A stretch of 64,000 nt of DNA from Nitrospirales bacterium (GCA_965203295.1 CBDBCZ010000019.1:2768051-2832050), one strand, 5' to 3'. Shown: positions 1 through 11,592, counted from the first letter of the stretch. A program made the numbers and translations. Notes: generated by a model not told the origin, from the sequence alone.

Positions 1-1572
1 TATTCCCATCGTTAGAATCAGTGAGATCCCATTGTGACGTTTCACAAGAGGAAACCGAACTCTTGTCCTCTCCTGAGGCTCCTATCGTCCTCCTCAAAAA
101 GAAAGAGTCCAGTAGGCTCGCTCACGCAACGGCTCCGGGAAATCCGTATATTGGCGCCATACTTCCCTACACCCCATTGCATCACCTCATGATGGAGGAA
201 CTGCTGTTTCCGGTCATCGCCACAAGTGGAAATCGCTCAGAGGAACCCATTGTCATTGATGAACAAGAAACCCTCATTCGTTTGAAGGGAATTGCTGATG
301 CCTTTTTAGTGCACGATCGGCCTATCGCAAGACCTATCGATGACTCCGTCCTCCGAATGATAGGTCATGAACGGTTACTGCTTCGTCGGGCACGAGGGTA
401 TGCACCGAGCCCAATCACCATCGAGATCCCAGAGTGCAAAGGCAAGATTATGCCACCAGTCTTAGCAGTTGGTGGACAAATCAAAAGTACCGTAGCCGTT
501 ATGACACAAGATCAAGTTATTGTGAGTCAGCACATCGAGGATCTCTCAACTCCTGAAGCCTGTTCGCAATTTGAACGAACCGTTGCCGACCAGCTTAATC
601 TGTTCGATATACAACCTCAGGCCATTACCTGCGACCTGCACCCTGATTACCATTCAACAGTGTTTGCAAAGAAATTGGGGAAAAAGTTGCACATCCCGAT
701 TGTTCCGGTTCAACACCATTACACCTATATTCTGGCCTGCATGGCTGAGCACGGATTAGAAAGCCCTGCGTTAGGGATCGCCTGGGACGGTGCAGGGTAT
801 GGGACGGACGGGACAATCTGGGGTGGAGAATTTTTGCTTACTGATTGCTCCGGGTTTAAACGAGTCGGCCACCTTCTGCCCTTTAGACTTCCTGTAGGAG
901 AAGTCTGCATGCGCGAACCCCGCCGGGTTGCTCTTTCCTTATTGTATGAAGCCTTTGGCGAAGCGGCCTTGGATTTAGGCCTTCCTCCCATTCGCTCATT
1001 GGGATCTGAATCAGCCAACTCTTTGGTCGAATTGATAAAAAAAGATGTGCATTGCCCCGTCACAACCAGCATGGGACGACTCTTTGACGGCGTAAGCTCT
1101 ATCCTCGGTCTGTGTCAGATAAACACCTTTGAAGCCGAAGCGGCCATGGCTCTCGAGTTTCTCGTTGGCAAGGTAATCTTGAACTCATCGATGAGAAGGA
1201 AACCCAATCTTACCTTTTATCTTAGAAGAAGAAAAAAACAGAAGAGATGATCAGACTCACAATAGTTGGGTTGCCGATTGGCATCCCATGATTCGAGCCA
1301 TCGTCGAGGCCCGTCTAGCAGGAAAGGATCCATCAAACATTGCATTTACTTTTCATCAAGCAGCAGCCCAGTTGGTAACCGATGTGGTCCCAAAAATCGG
1401 CAACCCCAAAGTGGTCCTTACAGGAGGCGTCTTCCAAAATGCCCTCTTGCTGCAACTTATGCAATCAGGCCTAAAGGAGGCGGGATTGACCGTATACACC
1501 CATCACCACATCCCCCCAAACGACGGGGGATTAACCTTGGGCCAAGCTAGATTTGCCGCGAACATCAATTGA
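1..1572 (+). pseudogene. hypF: Hydrogenase maturation carbamoyltransferase HypF, C-terminal part (5' end lies outside the window), split by a frameshift
   Basis: ORFs 21-1250 and 1288-1572 carry HypF motifs: LPYTPLHHL, ATSGNRSEEPI, RRARGYAP, DLHPDY, WDGAGYGTDGTIWGGEF, TTSMGRLFD, LTGGVFQN, PPNDGGLTLGQ. Several conserved sites are altered (HHYTY for HHHAH, QHIED for QHIGD, LPVGE for LPGGE). Confidence 0.9.
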
Positions 1573-1622
1573 ACTTGTCTTTTAATATCACAATCCTCAA
1601 TTTGCAAAATCCAAGAAAAGCC

Positions 1623-1659
1623 TTGCCAGTAAAAAATATGCGTACTATAATTTGCATAT
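1623..1659 (+). promoter_or_regulatory. Sigma70 promoter of the toxin-antitoxin operon, overlapped by a short inverted repeat (possible operator)
   Basis: TTGCCA (1623-1628), 17 nt spacer, TATAAT (1646-1651); ATATGC (1636-1641) and GCATAT (1654-1659) flank the -10 box. Confidence 0.7.
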
Positions 1660-1687
1660 ATGGTTTATTAAAGTGACAGTGTGAGAT

Positions 1688-2026
1688 TTGGGACAAGAGA
1701 TCAACCCGAAAACATTGCTAGTCTATCAGGATGAAAACGGCTACGAACCGTTTTCCGAGTGGTTGGATAATCTAAAAGATCGACAAGGGCGGAACCGAAT
1801 CCGGGTTCGTCTTCGGCGTCTAGAAGCAGGACTGTACGGTGATTGTTAGCCTGTGGGCGACGGGGTAAACGAATTGCGCCTTTTTTTCGGACCTGGTTAC
1901 CGCGTCTATTTTGGAGAAGAGGCCGAGCATATTATTATTCTGCTATGTGGGGGCGATAAGAGCACGCAGAAGCAGGATATAGAGATCGCCAAACGATATT
2001 GGAAGGAGTACAAGGAACATGGCTAA
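1688..2026 (+). pseudogene. Type II TA toxin, RelE/ParE superfamily (HI1419-like addiction module killer), with one in-frame TAG
   Basis: Manual translation: MGQEINPKTLLVYQDENGYEPFSEWLDNLKDRQGRNRIRVRLRRLEAGLYGDC*PVGDGVNELRLFFGPGYRVYF...LLCGGDKSTQKQDIEIAKRYWKEYKEHG. TAG at 1847-1849; the 3' end overlaps the antitoxin start. Confidence 0.88.
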
Positions 2027-2342
2027 GAGAAAATTACGTACATTCGATCAAGTGGATGAGGAATATTTTAAAGACCATCCTGAGGGGATTGAGGATTATT
2101 TAAAAATTTGTTTTGAGGAGTACGCGAAGGATCGCTGTACCCCTGCCCTACTCTCATCGCTTCGGATGATTGCACGGGTCAAAGGCGTATCAACATTGGC
2201 AGAAGAAACTGGGATGTCCCGGAAAGGGCTTCAGAAAGCCTTGTCCGAAGATGGGAACCCGCGTTTTGAAAATATCAATGCCATTATGCAAGCAATGGGC
2301 TACAGGTTAACTGCAGAAAAGCTTGATATGCCTGTGGGATAA
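2019..2342 (+). CDS. Addiction module antidote protein (HI1420-like HTH antitoxin)
   Basis: ALLSSLRMIARVKGVSTLAEETGMSRKGLQKALSEDGNPRFENI; directly downstream of the toxin. Confidence 0.88.
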   Translation: MAKRKLRTFDQVDEEYFKDHPEGIEDYLKICFEEYAKDRCTPALLSSLRMIARVKGVSTLAEETGMSRKGLQKALSEDGNPRFENINAIMQAMGYRLTAEKLDMPVG

Positions 2343-2403
2343 CTCCTCCTGACCTCCAAACCACTTTGATTTTCCCCCCATTTCCTTTCTAAATTCTCCA
2401 CAT

Positions 2404-3914
2404 ATGACCGTAAAGCTTATTGAAGATTTTTTCACCAGCCTGAGCGCAATCATATGGGGCCCCATCATGTTGACACTGCTGATGGGAATGGAGATCTATC
2501 TCACCTTGGCCTCCGGGCCATGACATGGCGACGGATAGGGGAAGGATTTCTTCTCCTCTGGACTGGTCGTGCGTCTGGAAAAGGCGCAAAGGGAGATATC
2601 ACGCCTTTTCAAGCCCTCATGACCGAACTATCAGCAACAGTGGGAACTGGAAAGATCGCCGGCGTCGCCACGGCTATCTACCTCGAGGGTCCGAGAGCTG
2701 TGCTTTGGATGTGGGTCACGGCCTTGTTTGGAATGGCCACGAAATATGGTGAAGCCCTCCTCGCGGTAAAGTATCGAGAGATAGACGAGTTAGGGAACTA
2801 CGTAGGCGGACCAATGTACTACATTAAAAACGGTCTGGGTTCCGATTGGAATTGGCTCGCGATAGCTTTCAGCCTATTCGGCATGGTAGCCGCTTTTGGG
2901 ATTGGCAATACGGTGCAAGCCAATACCATTGCAAGTGCTCTGAAATCGGCGGGAGGGATTACAACTTGGATATCGGGTCTTGTCGCAGCCTTGTTAACCG
3001 ATGCGGTGATTATTGGAGGAATCCGGAGGCTCGCAGAAGTAGCAGCCCAATTAGTCCCTATGATGGCATTGGTCTATATCGGTGGCGCCTTGATCATCAT
3101 TTTAATCAATTACCAAAAAGTTCCGAGTGCACTGGCAATCATCGTAGGCGAGGCCTTCACGGGAACCGCAGCGGCGGGCGGATTTGCCGGCAGCACTGTA
3201 CTCATGGCCATTCGGGTTGGAGTAGCTCGGGGTTTGTTTTCAAATGAAGCGGGCTTAGGGAGTGGACCTATTGCCCATGCCGCAGCACAAACCACTGATC
3301 CGGTCCGGCAAGGCATGATCGCGATGATCGGTGTGTTCATCGATACGATGATCGTTTGTACCATGACTGCCTTGGTTATTGTGATTACCGGCGCCTGGAC
3401 CACTGGTGAAACAGGAGCAGCCCTATCGAGCGAGGCTTTTTATAGCGAGTTAGCTGGAGCAGGCCGAATGGTCGTCACCTTTGGCCTCATTGTGTTTGCG
3501 TATACAACCCTCTTGGGCTGGAGTTATTACGGCGAGCGCTGCGCTGAATTCCTGTTCGGAATTCGTGTGATCAAACCCTATCGATTGGCGTGGATCGCGG
3601 CGATTCTGATTGGGGCAGTCAGCAACTTGGAGTTCGTATGGCTCGTGGCTGATATTTTGAACGGGTTGATGGCGGTATCCAACCTACTGGCTTTGATAGC
3701 CCTCAGTCCGATTATTTTCCAAGTGACCCCGCAATATTCATGGTCGGGGGGGGAAAAGGCTAGAAAACTTCAAGCCGTGAATATACGAAACATCCCGGCA
3801 GAAAAAGCAAAAAGGGGCAACACTTTACTTTCTATACACTTAACCGGAAGCAGATTGCGTAGGAAGTTTTGCAGCCTCGCCGTCCAACGATCGAGCAAAT
3901 GTGGAAGGCGGTGA
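2404..3914 (+). pseudogene. Sodium:alanine/glycine symporter (AgcS/AlsT family), N-terminal frameshift and degenerate motifs
   Basis: The N-terminus MTVKLIEDFFTSLSAIIWGPIMLTLLMG..YLTL (from 2404) is in a different frame from the body. Body motifs: GGPMYYI, GVARGLFSNEAGLGS, FIDT. Altered motifs: TELSATVGTGK, YLEGPRAV. The C-terminus runs on into unrelated sequence after about 3740. Confidence 0.85.
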
Positions 3915-4150
3915 CGAAGGCTACAGGGGTGACCGAAACAGCGGTGAAGGACCAGCAGCAACACCCGGAGGTTTTTCAAGCGGCTGTGTATCTGCGGCGG
4001 CGAGCGTGGCATGTCTCATTGAAGGAAGCGGCTGGCTGGGCCAGGGAATCGCCGGCTCGGGTCTCGCAGATTCAACGCCGGATTGAGGAGGCGGGCGGCC
4101 TGACCGATGCGTTTCCCTGGACCCAACGGGTGAAAGGGACTAGAAGGTAA
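3869..4150 (+). mobile_element. Possible C-terminal HTH remnant of a transposase
   Basis: GC-rich patch; AVYLRRRAWHVSLKEAAGWARESPARVSQIQRRIE looks like a helix-turn-helix; adjacent to IS fragments. Confidence 0.35.
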
Positions 4151-4185
4151 AGTGTTGAGGTGGTCCTAAAAAAACAGACACAAAG

Positions 4186-4371
4186 TTAAGAGTCACCTGT
4201 CTGCCGTTCAAATTCCTCAGGGCTACGATAACCGAGGGTTTGATGCAGGCGCTTTCGATTATAGAAGCCCTCGATGTAGGCAAAGATCGCCTGCCGGGCT
4301 TCAGTCCGATCTTGAAACGAATGATGATGGGTTAACTCGTTCTTCAGCGTGCTAAAAAAAATTTCTACCAC
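4186..4371 (-). mobile_element. IS3-family transposase C-terminal fragment
   Basis: [11 protein letters not shown]...[32 protein letters not shown], the typical end of an IS3 integrase core. Confidence 0.88.
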
Positions 4372-4443
4372 CGGTCGAGTAGCGGGTGTTGGGCAGTCTC
4401 AAAGGCGAAGGCCTCCCGACGCAGCCCACGGAAACGCATGCCA

Positions 4444-4594
4444 CGGCGAAAGCCGCCACGATTGAGTATTTTGAGATATTTTATAATAGTCACCGTCGGC
4501 ATTCCACGTTGGGGTACCTGAGTCCTAATGCCTTTGAGGCCCAGGCCAAGGGAGCCTAAGAGGAGCGTGAACAGAAAAATGGGGCGAGACCTCA
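4444..4594 (+). mobile_element. Second IS3-family transposase C-terminal fragment with a probable right end
   Basis: Manual translation TAKAATIEYFEIFYNSHRRHSTLGYLSPNAFEAQAKGA*, followed by a terminal-like sequence ending ...GAGACCTCA. Confidence 0.75.
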
Positions 4595-4752
4595 GTAGGG
4601 ACGGTAGGGAGATCGTTGATTATGGGGCAACCTCGAAAGAAAGTTTTTCCAGCCACCAGCGGAAAATTGGGCCGAAGGCCTCGAACGAGAGGAAGCCCTG
4701 TACGGAGAGCAAAGCGGGCTTAACCCGGTGTCCGTTTTCACTGAACCACTAC

Positions 4753-5279
4753 AGGTCAAGGGTCACCGTGGGAGGCGCGACCTGGTCCCAGACACAGTGC
4801 GCCCAATAACCACCGACGGCCTGCTTGGTGCTCTAGCGAAAGCGCCGGAAGAACCGCGTGAAGGTGGCGACCGAGGCCACTCGCCTCCAGCCAAAGAGGC
4901 CGTATCAACCCGGACCAAGGCCGTATGGGCAAAGTGCACGCCACCCACCCACACAGCCACCAGAAAACTCTCCAGCATCACGACCGGCGCATAGCTACGA
5001 TTGGATAGCGGCTGGGGCAAGGGACTCTGGGCGAGCATCTCTCGGAAGTGCAGGCGCGTGAGAAACTCTTGCATCAGTCGGAGCCCATCCCATACTGTCA
5101 CGGCCTTGTCCGTAAACACCCAGGGGAAGCCCGGTCTCACGGCCCACCGTTTTGTCCCGTCGGCGGAGAACAGAGCGTCGTCGTTTCATGAGCATCCTAT
5201 CCTCACAGAAAATTGGGGAGAACATCGGTGTCACAACCCCAACAATACGAAACCACCAACGTCTAATGCAAAGTCCTGG
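4753..5279 (-). mobile_element. IS1380-family transposase N-terminal fragment with a probable left end
   Basis: FTDKAVTVWDGLRLMQEFL...LPQPLSNRSYAPVVMLESFLVAVWVGGVHFAHTALVRVD resembles IS1380 N-termini; CCAGGACTTTGCATTAGA (minus strand) abuts TTAA. Confidence 0.72.
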
Positions 5280-5410
5280 TTAATCTGATCCCACTCCTAA
5301 TTCCCTAACACTTGCGATCTTTACCTCATGGGGAACAAATGCCTTGCAAAGGTGAACTAAATAATGGAAAAGGAATAATCCACCTTGACTTTTGATTCAC
5401 CGGGTAGGGG

Positions 5411-6386
5411 ATGTTTACTTTATCACGCATACGCATAGACTTGGGTTCCTTCCACTTGCTTGGTCGGATTCTCCTTTGGTTCCTGATATCCTCACCGGCG
5501 TTTTGGGGAATAGGGGCTTCGAATTCAGCCCATGCATTTGAAATTGCCATCCTCAAGTCCGCTGATATCACTGCGTATGATCAGGCTGTAACAGCTTTTA
5601 AGAACGACCTTCCATCCACTGTTACGACCCTCACCGAATACAACCTTCAAGGGGACATCAGCCAAGGGCGAAAGTTTGCCAGAAAGCTTCGTGCCTCCAA
5701 CGCCCGATTGGTGTTGGTGGTTGGGTTGAAAGCTGCTTTGGCCGCCAAACTGGAAATCCTCGATATTCCCGTCATATTTTGCATGGTCCTGAATCCTGCT
5801 CGGTATGACCTTTCCGGATCGAATATGACCAGGATTGAGCTTCAAATTCCCGTCGCTCATCAACTCAGAACCATTCACGATAATTTTCCAGGAATTACCA
5901 GATTGGGCATTGTGTACGACCCGACGAAGACTGGTGCGCTTGTGAAAGAGGCCTCGGTCGAAGTCAAAAAGTATGGCTTGGAGCTGATAGCCCGCGCTGC
6001 CAGGGAGGAAAAAGAGGTTCCTTCGACCTTAAGGGAGATTGTCAACAGTATCGATGCTCTATGGTTACTCCCTGATAGTACCGTTCTTACTGAAGAGTCC
6101 CTGAGTTTTCTTGTGAGCACGACCTTGGAAACCAATGTACCGCTTATCGGATTCTCATCAGGATTAGCTCGAAGTGGGGCTCTCATGGGTATTTACATCA
6201 AATATGAGGATGTAGGGACCCAAGCCGCCCTTCTTGCCAAAAAAATTCTCAACGGAGAAACCATTCTCACGGGTATTGTGGTCCCGGTTGATAAAATTCG
6301 AATTTCCCTGAATCTGCAAGACTGCCAACTTCCTGAACATCTCGATTCGCCCTGAAGTCATGGTGCAAGCGGATGAGGTCTATTAG
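5411..6386 (+). CDS. Periplasmic ABC-type substrate-binding protein (ABC_sub_bind-like), frameshifted near the C-terminus
   Basis: Signal peptide ending SAHA; RLGIVYDP; DALWLLPDSTV. The expected tail KTANFLNISIRPEVMVQADEVY* is in a shifted frame (after about 6316) and ends at 6386, abutting the kinase ATG. Confidence 0.8.
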
Positions 6387-8687
6387 ATGAGCAAGTTCTT
6401 TGTGAATAGACGCAAGGACTCAGGTCAGGGGGTGATCAAGAGGAAATTTGTCAGCCTGAGGACCAAGTTTGTGTTCTTTATCAGTTTTATTATCGTTGCC
6501 GTCTGTTCAGGCCTGAGCTTTTATGTCGTGCAACAACAGGTGGAGTTTATGGCAGGAACGCTGAGGAACACAGGACTCATGGTCGTAAACAACTTGGCAC
6601 ACAACAGCCGTTATAGTTTAATCACCCATGATCAACTCTCTCTAGAACGGCTTGTGGATGGTACGATGAAGGTCAGAGAGGTCGTGTACGTGGTAATGAC
6701 GGACTCAGACGGAAAAATCTTGTTGTTCAAATCTAAACCCAGACCTGCCGAGACCTTGCAACAAACCTCCGGAGATGGTGCAGACTTCCTTCCAGACATT
6801 TCGATCACACAAAGCTTGTTAAAGCCGGAAAGTCAAGGCCCTATCATCACCCGTTTGTTTCTGGAAGGAAAACGAAATGAGAAAGAGAACCCGTTGAGAG
6901 AAACGTGGCCCAGGAAATGGGCGATCACGATAAGTGACGAATCCGTTTTTGATTTTGCAGTGCCCGTCCGTCGCCGTACTAGTGGGGAAGACACTTTGGG
7001 AGCGCTATCTTTGGAGTCACAGGAGATCACTTCAGGGAGTGAGGATCAAAGTCTTGGATCTCCGTACGGGATTGTCCAAGTGGGCTTAACCAATATGCAC
7101 ATGCTTGAATCTTTAAAAAACATTATTTCGAATATCGTGCTCATCACACTCCTTATTATCATCGGGGGAATAAGTGCGACGGTTTTTCTTGCCAACCGGA
7201 TTATCACTCCCTTGCAAAGTCTTGCTGGGATCGCTCGAAGGGTTGCCGCAGGCGATCTCAATGCCTCCGTGATGCCGACAACGTCCGACGAGGTTGGTCA
7301 ATTGACCACAATCTTTAATCAGATGACCCAGTCCCTGCAGGACCGCGAGCTGGCAATCTCTGCTCAAATGGAAACCATTACCAGGCAAGTGAACCAATTA
7401 ACGACACTCAACCAAACGGGTATGGTCATTACTTCCAATCTCGACTTGAATCGGCTTCTTTCCACAGTTCTTCACCTGCTGGTGAAAAAGGTGGGATTTA
7501 CGCATATGATCCTCATGCAATACGACCCGGAAACCAGAATGGCTTTTGGAGCACAGACGGCAGGAATTTCTGAAACATTAGCGAGAGAAGTCCAGGCCAT
7601 GGAGGTTCCAATTGAAAATCCTCATTCTCTTCATGGGGAAATCTTGATCCAAGGTCAGGCTTTGGTCGTCGTTGATCGTGACCAGATCGCCCATCCTACC
7701 CACCCTGATTTTTTGGTCTTTCTACGGAAGCTAAGGGTCACGTCATTTGTCTGTGCTCCCATAAAGAGTCAACAGGGGATACATGGATTCATTGAAGCTG
7801 ACAAAATGCCCGAGCCCTGTACACAAGAGGATCTGGACCTTCTCGTCACAATTGGAAATACCATTGGTGTGGCGATTGCCAATGCGCGTGCCTACCAACA
7901 ACTGGCGCAATTTGCTGTGACTCTTGAGGAACGGGTGGAAGAACGAACCCTAGAACTTCGAGAGGCCAATCTCAAGCTTAGAGAGCTTGACCAATTGAAG
8001 TCCGTGTTCGTTTCCATCGTCTCCCATGAACTTCGGACCCCTATGACATCCAAAAAAGGTTTGGTCGAGAATATGCTTGACGGATTAACGGGAGAGCTGT
8101 CTGAACGGCAATCCTTTTACCTCAGTCGTGTCCGGATCAACATTGAACGTCTAACCCGAATGATCAATGATCTGTTGGATCTTTCTAAAATTGAGGCAGG
8201 CGCGATGAAACTTCAGGCAATCCCTGTCAATGTCATGGACGTGGTAGGGGAAGTTATCGAAGCCTTTCAACAGACAGCCCAAGCAAAATCCATAACACTG
8301 GAAGCTCAACAAGTTTTGGATATTCCTCACGTTCATGGGGACCGAGATAAAATCAGCCAAATCTTCACCAACCTCATCCATAACGCCATTAAATTCACCG
8401 ACCCCGGAGGTTTCATACGAGTGGAGTTTGGACAACTCGAAAATGATGTCCTTCAAATTTGCGTTTCGGATACAGGATGTGGAATCCCACCACATGAATT
8501 ACAACTCATTTTCGATCGATTTTTCAGGAGCCAAGCCGACTCTCCCGAGATACAGGGAGCTGGGCTAGGATTGGCCATCACCAAAACCTTGGTGGAATTA
8601 CACGGGGGTCAGATTTGGGTGGAAAGCAAAGTAGGACAGGGAACCCGTTTTTATTTCACGTTGCCTCTCCAACAAAACGTAACATAA
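6387..8687 (+). CDS. Membrane sensor histidine kinase (2 TM, HAMP, GAF, HisKA, HATPase)
   Basis: Two TM segments; HAMP DEVGQLTTIFNQM; H-box VSHELRTP; N-box NLIHNAIKFT; DTGCGI; GAGLGLAI. Confidence 0.93.
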   Translation: MSKFFVNRRKDSGQGVIKRKFVSLRTKFVFFISFIIVAVCSGLSFYVVQQQVEFMAGTLRNTGLMVVNNLAHNSRYSLITHDQLSLERLVDGTMKVREVVYVVMTDSDGKILLFKSKPRPAETLQQTSGDGADFLPDISITQSLLKPESQGPIITRLFLEGKRNEKENPLRETWPRKWAITISDESVFDFAVPVRRRTSGEDTLGALSLESQEITSGSEDQSLGSPYGIVQVGLTNMHMLESLKNIISNIVLITLLIIIGGISATVFLANRIITPLQSLAGIARRVAAGDLNASVMPTTSDEVGQLTTIFNQMTQSLQDRELAISAQMETITRQVNQLTTLNQTGMVITSNLDLNRLLSTVLHLLVKKVGFTHMILMQYDPETRMAFGAQTAGISETLAREVQAMEVPIENPHSLHGEILIQGQALVVVDRDQIAHPTHPDFLVFLRKLRVTSFVCAPIKSQQGIHGFIEADKMPEPCTQEDLDLLVTIGNTIGVAIANARAYQQLAQFAVTLEERVEERTLELREANLKLRELDQLKSVFVSIVSHELRTPMTSKKGLVENMLDGLTGELSERQSFYLSRVRINIERLTRMINDLLDLSKIEAGAMKLQAIPVNVMDVVGEVIEAFQQTAQAKSITLEAQQVLDIPHVHGDRDKISQIFTNLIHNAIKFTDPGGFIRVEFGQLENDVLQICVSDTGCGIPPHELQLIFDRFFRSQADSPEIQGAGLGLAITKTLVELHGGQIWVESKVGQGTRFYFTLPLQQNVT

Positions 8688-8729
8688 TCCTCCAGATCAT
8701 TCGTTTCCTCATCATGACCCCCCACTTTT

Positions 8730-8767
8730 GTATCTAATTGGATAGAACAACGTATCTATTTAGATAC
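8730..8767. promoter_or_regulatory. Tandem palindromic activator sites (UAS pair 1)
   Basis: GTATCTAATTGGATAG (8730-8745) and GTATCTATTTAGATAC (8752-8767); starts 22 bp apart. Confidence 0.75.
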
Positions 8768-8897
8768 GCTTTAGATACGCTCCTAGCATGAATTCTCAAT
8801 CTGGTTGATACCCGATAGGACTTCAATGATGGAATTTTCCATTATAGATCAAGAGGTTTGAGAATCTAAAGATATATCTTCATAAAAAACTCATCTT

Positions 8898-8913
8898 TGG
8901 CCCAGGAATTGCT
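8898..8913 (+). promoter_or_regulatory. Sigma54 -24/-12 promoter for the receiver and TonB-receptor genes
   Basis: TGGCCC-AGGAA-TTGCT matches TGGCAC-N5-TTGCW, about 130 bp downstream of UAS pair 1. Confidence 0.75.
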
Positions 8914-8995
8914 GATCCTCCGTGTAGTGTTTTTTAATCTTGTAACTTCCAACGGGACTCTGACTATCGGAGAGTGAACTCCCAGTTCCTTTTTT

Positions 8996-9439
8996 GTGAT
9001 CATGGTTAATGCATCGGTCATAAGTAAGCAGGCAAGAATTCTTTCTGTAGAAGACGATCCGGATATCAACATTGTCTTGAACGATTTCCTTGAAAATGAA
9101 GGGTACGCTGTGGACATGGTGGCCACTGGCACCGAAGCCATGAATCTCGTGAAGAACCAACATTATGATGCCGTTCTTTTGGATGTTCGACTTCCCGACC
9201 TGGATGGCTGGTTGGTACTCAAACAGTTGATGGATATAGCCCCAAACCTCCCTGTCATTCTCCATACAGCTCAATCGGTTTTTGACTCAAAGGTTTCAAA
9301 TCCTACCTTGTACAGAGCCTTTGCCTACATAACCAAACCATTCAACCGTCAAGAGCTGAAATGCACAGTTAAACGTACTGTAGCCCCTGACACCCACCAC
9401 GACTCCGGCCAAAGTTTGTCTGCCCAGACTTGCTGCTAG
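8996..9439 (+). CDS. Single-domain response regulator (receiver only)
   Basis: ILSVEDD, LLDVRLPDLDG (phospho-Asp), LHTA, YITKPF. Confidence 0.9.
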   Translation: MIMVNASVISKQARILSVEDDPDINIVLNDFLENEGYAVDMVATGTEAMNLVKNQHYDAVLLDVRLPDLDGWLVLKQLMDIAPNLPVILHTAQSVFDSKVSNPTLYRAFAYITKPFNRQELKCTVKRTVAPDTHHDSGQSLSAQTCC

Positions 9440-9716
9440 ACACAACCATCTTTACGCTGCTAATCCTTCCTGAAACACAAGAATTAGGCTAATCCTCTAA
9501 TTGGTTGAATCCTCTTCTCTCCCATCTTTATCTTGGAAAAGACCTGTTCTTTCGGCTATTCCACTTACATTGCGTCTATTTTACAGGGTTTCGGTCCCCA
9601 ATGCTCTTTTCCACCCTCGATTGGGGGTGGTATGGATCACAAGTTTTTTGTCAACAAATTCACTTATTTTTCTTGTTAAGAGTTTCTTGTTAAGAGATGA
9701 TATTATTATTAACGGT

Positions 9717-11533
9717 ATGGCAGTCCCTCTCATATTTGGACTCCTCACTTTTTGTTTGTCTATTTTCACCCCATCGACCCATTGGGCTGGAGAGACACCT
9801 GCCTCTAAAAAACCCCTTCTGGAAGATTCCCTGGATATTCAGGATGACATACGCTTTCTTCAGGAGGAAACCGTTTCGATCGCTGTCCAGCACGAGCAAC
9901 CGATTTCTGAAGCACCCTCAAATTTATATGTAATTACCGACGAAGATATTCGTAAGTCAGGAGCCATTGATCTCCCTACGGTGCTCCGTCGAGTCCCAGG
10001 AATGGAGGTCATTCAAATGGCTGGGGCGGATTTTAATGTGAGTGTACGGGGAAACATTCAGCTTAGGGCCAATAAACTTTTGGTGATGGTCGACGGACGG
10101 TCTATCTATTTAGATGTCCAAGGTGAGGTATTGTGGAAAGCGATCCCGGTCACCCTTCCGGAAATCAAACGGATCGAGGTCCTCAAGGGGCCAGCTTCCG
10201 CCTTGTACGGGCTCAACGCATTTGACAGCATTATCAATATCATTACGAAATCTCCGGAGGAGATGATCGGTATAATGGACCCATAGTCGATACCCTCGTA
10301 ATTGACCAAGAGCCCTCAACCGGCTATGTCTATGGAGGTTTTGAGCGAGAAGACTTCTTTATTCTCGCCTGGTGGACCCGCTATACTCAGCCCTCTATCA
10401 ACAACGTAAACCCCTTAATTGCGGCAAACTTTACCGTCCTTGACAAGACCGGGACGACAATCAATGAAACCCTGAAGGCGAATTCCACGAATATCGATGT
10501 TCAACATACCCTGAAGTTTGGGACGACCAATCGACTCACGTATGGGGCGAACTATCGGCATAATCAGGTATCAAGCAATTTCCTGGACGGCGATGGGCGT
10601 GAAGATCGGTTGGGACTCTATGTGCAAGACGAATGGAAGGCCACGAAAAACCTCACAGCGGTCGCGGGCTTGCGGTTCGATATGGATAGTTTTATCAACC
10701 AGACCTATAGTCCGCGATTTTTCCTGGTATTCAAGCCGGTTCGAGACCACACATTTCGGTCGAGTGTGTCAGTGGCCCATCGTTCTCCGACCATCTTTGA
10801 GACCCGGAAATTATCACTTGGCAGAGCGTTTATTCCACCGGAACGACCCTCCAATACGAGGTTTTTTGGGTCTCACGACTTGGGTACCGAGAAAATCACC
10901 TCTTACGAACTCGGCTATCAAGGCTGGTTCTTTCGCCATAGGATAAGGGCTCGACTCGATCTTTTCTTCAATCACATTACGGACTTAATTGGAAACGGTC
11001 CAGTAAACTCTTTCAATCCTACTATCAACACCTTTCATAATGGGTCTCGTCCAACTGAAGGAGGAGGCGTAGCCGACATTTACGGGTTTGAGACAGGGGT
11101 TGAATTTCTTGTGAATCCATGGCTGACAGGATTTTCTAATTATGCCTATCAAGAGATTGGGCAAACTTATAGCACTCTCAGCACGGTTAGACGAGGCGCA
11201 CCTCTTTTTAAAATGAACGGAGGACTGCGAGCAGATCTTGAGAACGGTCTGAATGGGGAGGCGGTGCTTCATTATGTGGGATCTGCCCGCTATAATATTA
11301 GTCCGGCCTTCGCATCTTTCTTATTCCCTCCTGACGTTCCGCCGGATACTCGGGTGGGGAGTTACTTTCTTCTGAATTTGCGGGGCGGGTATCGTTTTTG
11401 GAAAGTAGACGGCAAGGATAGGGCGGAGTTTGCGTTATCTGTTTTCAACGCCCTGAATGACAAACATAAGGAGCACCCTTTAGGGGAAGTTATTAAGAGT
11501 CGAGTGATGGGCTGGCTGACCATCAAACTCTGA
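9717..11533 (+). pseudogene. TonB-dependent receptor, split and internally deleted
   Basis: The plug domain (SEAPSNLYVITDEDIRKSG, LRRVPGM, LVMVDGR, IKRIEVLKGPASALYG) stops at 10286; the barrel part (GLYVQDEW, AGLRFD, YELGY, LSVFNALN) is in another frame. The total is too short for a full receptor. Confidence 0.85.
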
Positions 11534-11592
11534 CGGTTTGTATCTTGATACAAAATACAACCTGCGTTGTGCCTATGAAAATGGACATCCAG

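Noticed and set aside
9501..9716. Long N-terminal extension of the TonB receptor
   Set aside because: AT-rich sequence containing a 14-bp duplication; a signal-peptide-like start exists at 9717.
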